64,000 nucleotides of DNA from Squalus acanthias (Eukaryota). The position numbers were made by a program, and so were the translations under genes. Location: NCBI GenBank assembly GCA_030390025.1, contig CM059432.1:45076001-45140000 (forward strand), written 5' to 3'. A model generated the notes under the pieces. That model ran no database searches. It saw only the letters and a list, made by a program, of their open reading frames with translations, and was not told the DNA's origin. How positions within the stretch are numbered: position 1 is the first letter of the stretch; the number at the start of each line of letters is the position of its first letter. This document shows positions 58,121-64,000 of this stretch, piece by piece.

Positions 58121-60664
58121 GCTACTACAAGGAGTAGTTGAGGCAAATAGCATAGATGCATTTAATAGGAAGCTAGATAAACACATGAGGGAGAAAATAA
58201 TAGGATATGTTGTTGGGGTTGGATGAAGAAGGGTGGGAGGAGGCTCATGTGGAGCATAAACCCCAGAATGGATATGTCGTGCTGAATGGCCTGTTCTGTG
58301 CTGTAAATACTATGTAACTGTAAAAAAGGTCTAGGAATTATTTGTCTTGTCTGTTTGATATTGTTTGCTTATTTATTCATTTAAATAGGGTACATAATCA
58401 GCAGCAATCAAAAATATATTTATTACCTTGTCAACAATCCAGGTAATATTTTATTTAATGATCCAGCAGCTGTAGAGCACTTTCCACACTGTCGGAGAAG
58501 CAACAGCGTGACCAAAGCAAGCTACTGGAGTGTACAATATATAAAGTAACAGCCTCAACTAGAGTATAAAAATATATTTTCACCTATTATCCAGTGCCTC
58601 TATCAATTTAACCTCCATTCCGACTGGGACCACATTGATTAAAATGTAATTATTCATTGACTAAAAATCAATTCCAAAGGTTGATATTCTTCAGTCAATC
58701 AATTCTTAGCACTTTAAGGATTGAATTGGTAACTTAATTTAATGCAGCTCGATTGTCAATGCTATTTTGGATGGACTTTTACAACTCCACTCAATCAACA
58801 AGGTAACTCATTAGCGACCCAGTGCCCTAGGAGTTAAATGGGAAAAAATCAGATTGCAGATTTTTTTGACTGCATAATCAGTCACTGCTAGTTATTAGAA
58901 CTGATTGATTTTAATGTTGAATTTTAAGTAAAGTGTAACCCAATAATTAGAATTTGTTTGATTGTAGCTTATTCCTCATGGCATTTCTAAAGACTGAACT
59001 TAAGAAGAGAAGCTCAATATCACTACCCCTTTTAGAAAAGAAATAGCTATGAAGATTTCTAGGCCCTGATTGCGGTCTCTCAACCACCCAATTTTTCGGC
59101 ACAGGGCAATAGCGAGACCAATTTTTAAAAATAAAAACAACTTACCACTGACTTCACACCCAAGGCCAGCCTGCTGCCATTTTCAAGCAGGCCTCAACTT
59201 AAGCAGCCAGTGCTCCTTCCTCGTTATTCAATGCAAATCAGAATCTTATGACATAGTTAGGACCACAATTCCACAATATAGCATATGGCGAGTTTAGTGT
59301 GACACCCGCTAATTGCTGGTCCTGCCCACTACACAGAGCAGGAAACGGCCAGAGCCAGCATCTCCAGAAAGAATCAAAAAAACATTTTTCTGGAACTATT
59401 TGGGCATCTACAAGAACATAATTTCTGTGTCTCACTGCTAATTCGTGCCTCCTCCCAGCCCCCCCCCCCCCCCCACCCACCCCCACATGCCTTCAATATG
59501 CCCTCTATCTCTCCCTCAGCCCCTGGTCGGCCCAACCCTCCCCTTTAAACCCTTCCTGCAGGCCTACGCTCGGTGGATATCCCACTGGATTTCCTCTCCA
59601 TCCACAAAATGACGAGCTGCCCATCAGCACTGGAAACGTGCAGTCAGCTCACTAGTTCAATGCAAATATCTTGCTGGCGACATCAGGCATGAATTCTGAA
59701 CGCTCCACCTGCCGCCCACTCAATGTACGCTGAAATGTATGGAAATCAATCCCATAATCCACATTAATATTGTCATGTTCCACTCATTGCAGTTATTTTT
59801 TGCATGTTTTGTTTAAATTGTCATGATAGATATTAGCTTGTAGAAGTCTAACTGTGTGACGAATCTGAAATAACATTGGTAGAGATAGTTATTAATCCAG
59901 TATTGTTTCAACATCAATTATATTTCTAATTCAATTTCTTGAGTCCACAAGACTCAGTAACCTCTCCAAGATATTACATAGAATTACATAGAATGTACAG
60001 CACAGAAACAGTCCATTCGGCTCAACTAGTCTGTGTCAGTGTTTATGCTTCACATGAACCTCCTTCCGCCTTATTTCATCTAACCTTATCAGCATAATCT
60101 TCTATTCCTTTCTCCCTCATGTGTTTATCATAGAATAGTTACAGCATAGAAGGAGGCCATTTGGCCCATCAAGCCCGTGCCGGCTCTCTGCAAGAGCACT
60201 TCAGCTCGTCCCACTCCCTCGCCCTTTCCCAGTAGCCCTGCAAATTTTTTTCCTTCAGGTACTTATCCAACTCCCTTTTGAAAACCATGATTGAATCTGC
60301 CTCCATCACCCTTTCAGGCAGTGCATTCCAGATCCTAACCACTCGCTGCGTAAAAACGTTTTCCTCATGTCGCCTTTGCTTCTTTTGCCAATCACGTTGA
60401 ATCTGTGTCCTCTGGTTCTTGACCCTTCCGCCAATGGGAACAGTTTCTCTCTGTCTACTCTGTCCAGACCCCTCATGATTTTGAACACCTCTATCAAATC
60501 TCCTCTCAACCTTCTCTGCTCTAAGGAGAACAACCCCAGCTTCTCTAGTCTATCGATGTAACTGAAGTCCCTCATCCCTGGAATCATTCTCATAAATCTT
60601 TTCTGCACCCTCTCTAAGGCCTTCACATCCTTCCAAAAGTGCGGTGCCCTGAATTGGACACAAT

Positions 60665-61501
60665 GGGAGGAATTTTGCCAGCCCTGGGGAGGCGGCTATG
60701 GACTGCCGGGAAAATGGCAGAAACTGGGAGCGGGTACCGAACCCGCTCCCAACCCACCTCCGTGCCATCTTCCCGGGAGGCGGGTCCCCGACTCGCGCAG
60801 GGACCCGTCTCCTCGAGGCGGGAAAGGGATTAGAGCCAATTAACTGCCTGTTAACAGCTAGTTAACAGGCAGTTAAGAGGCTTATCCCCATTTTACCCCT
60901 TCAGTTGCGGGCTTCTCGACGTCAGGAAACCCCGCCAGGGTCAGCGAGGTGAGCAGTGGGTCTGCGTGGTGAGAGTGGTCGAAAAGTCCGCTGTGGAGGT
61001 GAGTGATGGGTGCATGTATGGAGAGCTAAGTATGAGAGGTGAGTGTAAAGTGTTAGAATAAGTTTACTTACCTTTGTTTCTTTCTGCAGGCTTCAACCCT
61101 TGGGGCTCCGGAGGTGCCTCATGTCAACGGCAGAGATGACAGAATGGCTGCTGCATTCTCAGATGCAGCAGCCATCTGATTTCTGCGGAGGAAATAGGTT
61201 TTGGTGAGCCTTCAGTAAGGGCTCACCATAAAACAGAGATTGTCAGTGTTTGACAGCTTCTCTAAGCTGTCAAACGCTGACAATTCATCTGTCAAAAAAT
61301 TTTTGACAGATGAAATGTCATACGCTGACGTCCTCTGTCACCGGCTTTCCCTTAGTTGGTCTGCTAAGCCTGCAGGGCGGGCTTAACAAGGTCAATCAAG
61401 GGAAAATAGCGTGGGTTGGCTGGACGTCATTGGGGGCGGGACTGAAACTCGACAACCAGCAGTCCCGCCCCCAACGTGCACGCATTGATAAAATCCAGCC
61501 C
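60665..61501. mobile_element. Harbinger-type MITE
   Basis: Ends GGGAGGAATTTT / AAAATCCAGCCC. The TSD AAT restores the CR1 sequence GGACAC-AAT-ACTCC. Confidence 0.9.
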
Positions 61502-61571
61502 AATACTCCAGTTGATGCCGGACCAGTGTTTTATAAAGGTTCATCATAAATTCCTTGCTTTTGTACTCTAT

Positions 61572-62273
61572 GGGCTGGATTTTCATTGACCTGTGGAGGT
61601 GGGTTTGGAGGCGTGTGGGGGGTTAAAATTGCGAAAACTGGTGGGCGGGCACAAGCCCACCTCCATCCCGCCTCCACGCAATTTTCATTAAATCGTGTCT
61701 GCTGGTTCCGACTCTGTCCCGCCTCTAAGAGGCAGGATAGGCTGTTAAAGCCCTTAACAAGCACTAAATTGCCTCTATAATGCCATTTTGAAAGGCCTTT
61801 GTGATTTTAACCCTTTTTCTACATGAAGCACGCCTGTTCTGAACCACGAATGTGAAACCTGGCCGGAGCACATTTGGCTGGCTGGCTGGCTGGCTGGCAT
61901 ATCTGGATGGATGAATGAATGAGGAGGAGACATATCTGGATGGATGGATGAGGAGGAGACATATCTGGGAGTGATGGTGCAAAAATATTTGGGAGCAGAG
62001 TTAGGGCTGCTGCTGCTCATTTTGCATCCAGGTCCTCTCACAGCAAAGGCCAGGCAGTCTTTGCAGACCTTCAATGCAGCAGCAATGATGACATCATCAG
62101 AGGCGATTTTCAGACTGAAAACACGAATTGGTTCATGGGTTCCCACATGCTGGAACTCAATTGCCCAATTAGGTGAAAATCGCATCAATCTCCCACATCC
62201 AATTACAGTCGCGTGGATAACACGAAAAGTGGATGACATGACCCCAACCCGCCCCAGTATCAAAATCCAGCCC
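61572..62273. mobile_element. Harbinger-type MITE with internal (TGGC)n/(TGGA)n repeats
   Basis: Perfect TIR GGGCTGGATTTT. The TSD TAT restores the CR1 sequence GTACTC-TAT-GCCTC. Confidence 0.92.
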
Positions 62274-64000
62274 TATGCCTCTATTTATGAAGCCCAGGAT
62301 CCTGTATGCATTTTTTAACCACTTTTGCAACCTGCCCTGCCACCTTCAACGATTTGTGTACATATACCCCCAGGTCTCTCTGTTTTCATTGTACCCTTTA
62401 GTTTATATTGCCTCTCCTCATTCTTCCTACCAAAATGTATCACTTCGCACTTTTCTGTGTTAAATTTCATCTGCCACGTGTCCTCCCATTTCACCAGCCT
62501 GTCCATGTCTTCTTGAAGTCTATCACTATCCTCCTCACTGTTCACTATACTTCCAAGTTTTGTGTCATCTGCAAATTTTGAAATGGTCCCCTGTACACCC
62601 AAGTCCAAGTCATTAATATATATCAAAGAAAAGCAGTGGTCCTAGCTTTATCTAGCTTCCCCTTAAATGCATCTATGCTATTTGCCTCAACTACTCCTTG
62701 TGGTAGCGAGTTTCACATTTGGGTAAAGAAGTTTCTACTGAATTCCCTATTGGATGTATTGGTATCTTATATTTATGGTCCCTAGTTTTGGTCTCCTCTG
62801 CAAGTGGAAATATCTTCTCTCCGTCCCCTCTATCAATACCCTTCATAATTTTAAAGACCTATAATAGGTCACCCCTCAATCTTCTCTTTTCTAGAGAAAA
62901 GAACCCTAGCCTGTTCAGCCTTTCCTGATAAAAATATCCTCTCAGTTCTGGTATCATCCTTTTTTGCAATATAATAATAAAATAATCATTTTTATAATAT
63001 GGAGACCAGAACTGTGCATAGTACTCTAAGTGTGGTCTAGCTAAGTCTCAGAAGGCAACAGAAGAGTGTTAGAGAAAATCAGAATTCCTTGTAACAGATA
63101 TTTTTAATATTCATCAAATTGACTTATGTCGGTGATAGGTTACGGAAAACCAATTTGGGAACCCAGTATCAGCATCAAGCATGGCCTGATCAAGTAAAAT
63201 ATAGATCACATAACAATATAGCTCCATCTACTCTGCCCCAGCCTCAGAATGGTTCTCCTCTTCCCTGCCTACAAATTATATTTTCTATTTCCCATCCTTG
63301 TTATCGCTGTGGCCTCTCTGGGCGTGAATGTTAATTCATGGTAAATTGTGGCCAGCTTTATTCTGTAGAAGGCCAAACCAAACCCAGTAGAAACTAACCT
63401 AAGACTGTCCAAATTCATTTGATATAGGACGCTTATAGCTAGCAGAAAAAGGATTAATTTCACTTCACCAATCTAAACTGAATTTAATCCCAGGTCCCAG
63501 TACTTAATAGTGCACCCAATCCCCAGTAACTGATTTTAAAAGGGGTTTTGCAGCTCTCCTTTTAAATGTGACTCATGGAATGAGGTGACATCTTTAAGTG
63601 AAAAGTGAGAATTAAAATCCATACCTTCTGTATGCAGAGATAATTTCTGCATTTAGTTTAATTAATTTATGTTGCCTGGGAATTGAATATTCTGCCTCTG
63701 GGATGCTTTACTTGTAACTAAATTCTAAATGCTTCTTGCATCCTTGAATCCTAACTATCTTGCCATGCTACAATTTTTAATATGCATGAAATAATACCTT
63801 ATTATGTAAAGTGACTGAGCATGTACTGGGTCCCTGCAGAATGGGAAAGATTCAGAAAAAGCAACAATTATCTCCAATTTACTTCAAGCATTTGCAGGTC
63901 AGCTCATTTACATATTAAACAATTAAGACTATCATTCTTAGTAGTGTTTGTTCAGACAATTTAGAATTGAAAGTACTCAATATTTTTTTTATTTATTTTA

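Larger units (their letters stand above)
60130..62646 (-). mobile_element. CR1 3' fragment split by two MITEs
   Basis: IYINDLD..FADD (62315-62626), IEYKSKE..LEY (61505-61571) and LERVQKRF (60306-60626). Same subfamily as 1878-2693. Confidence 0.92.
59975..63045 (-). mobile_element. Older CR1 3' fragment (59975-60129 + 62647-63045), host of a nested CR1
   Basis: Tail at 59975. The sequence resumes after the TTTATC duplication (60124-60129, 62647-62652). Confidence 0.8.

Overview
Vertebrate genomic DNA that looks like a cartilaginous fish (shark). This is inferred from the repeat repertoire: CR1 LINEs with (CTATGATT/CTTATGTT)-type tails, HE1- and SacSINE1-like SINEs, and Penelope/Poseidon elements. 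No host protein-coding gene could be supported, so the window reads as an intron or gene desert built from nested transposons. (1) A near-complete 4.17-kb PIF/Harbinger element (37060-41228) has TIRs, a TAT TSD, a spliced 3-exon Myb/SANT gene and a convergent DDE transposase carrying one frameshift and a lost ATG. It is accompanied by more than 10 non-autonomous derivatives/MITEs and older Harbinger relics. (2) A Penelope-like retroelement has an uninterrupted 804-aa RT + GIY-YIG frame and a minimal type I hammerhead ribozyme (HHR) near its 3' end. (3) At least 7 HHR motifs from two Penelope families occur in ~145-170-bp solo inserts with 12-14-bp TSDs and in tail-outward palindromic inserts, the largest 1.68 kb. 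(4) There are many CR1 and CR1/L2-clade LINE fragments, one with an intact 557-aa RT frame. (5) A ~0.65-kb inverted duplication of apparently non-TE DNA lies at 45553-46227 / 47745-48343. Boundaries were read by eye; those of degraded relics are approximate.
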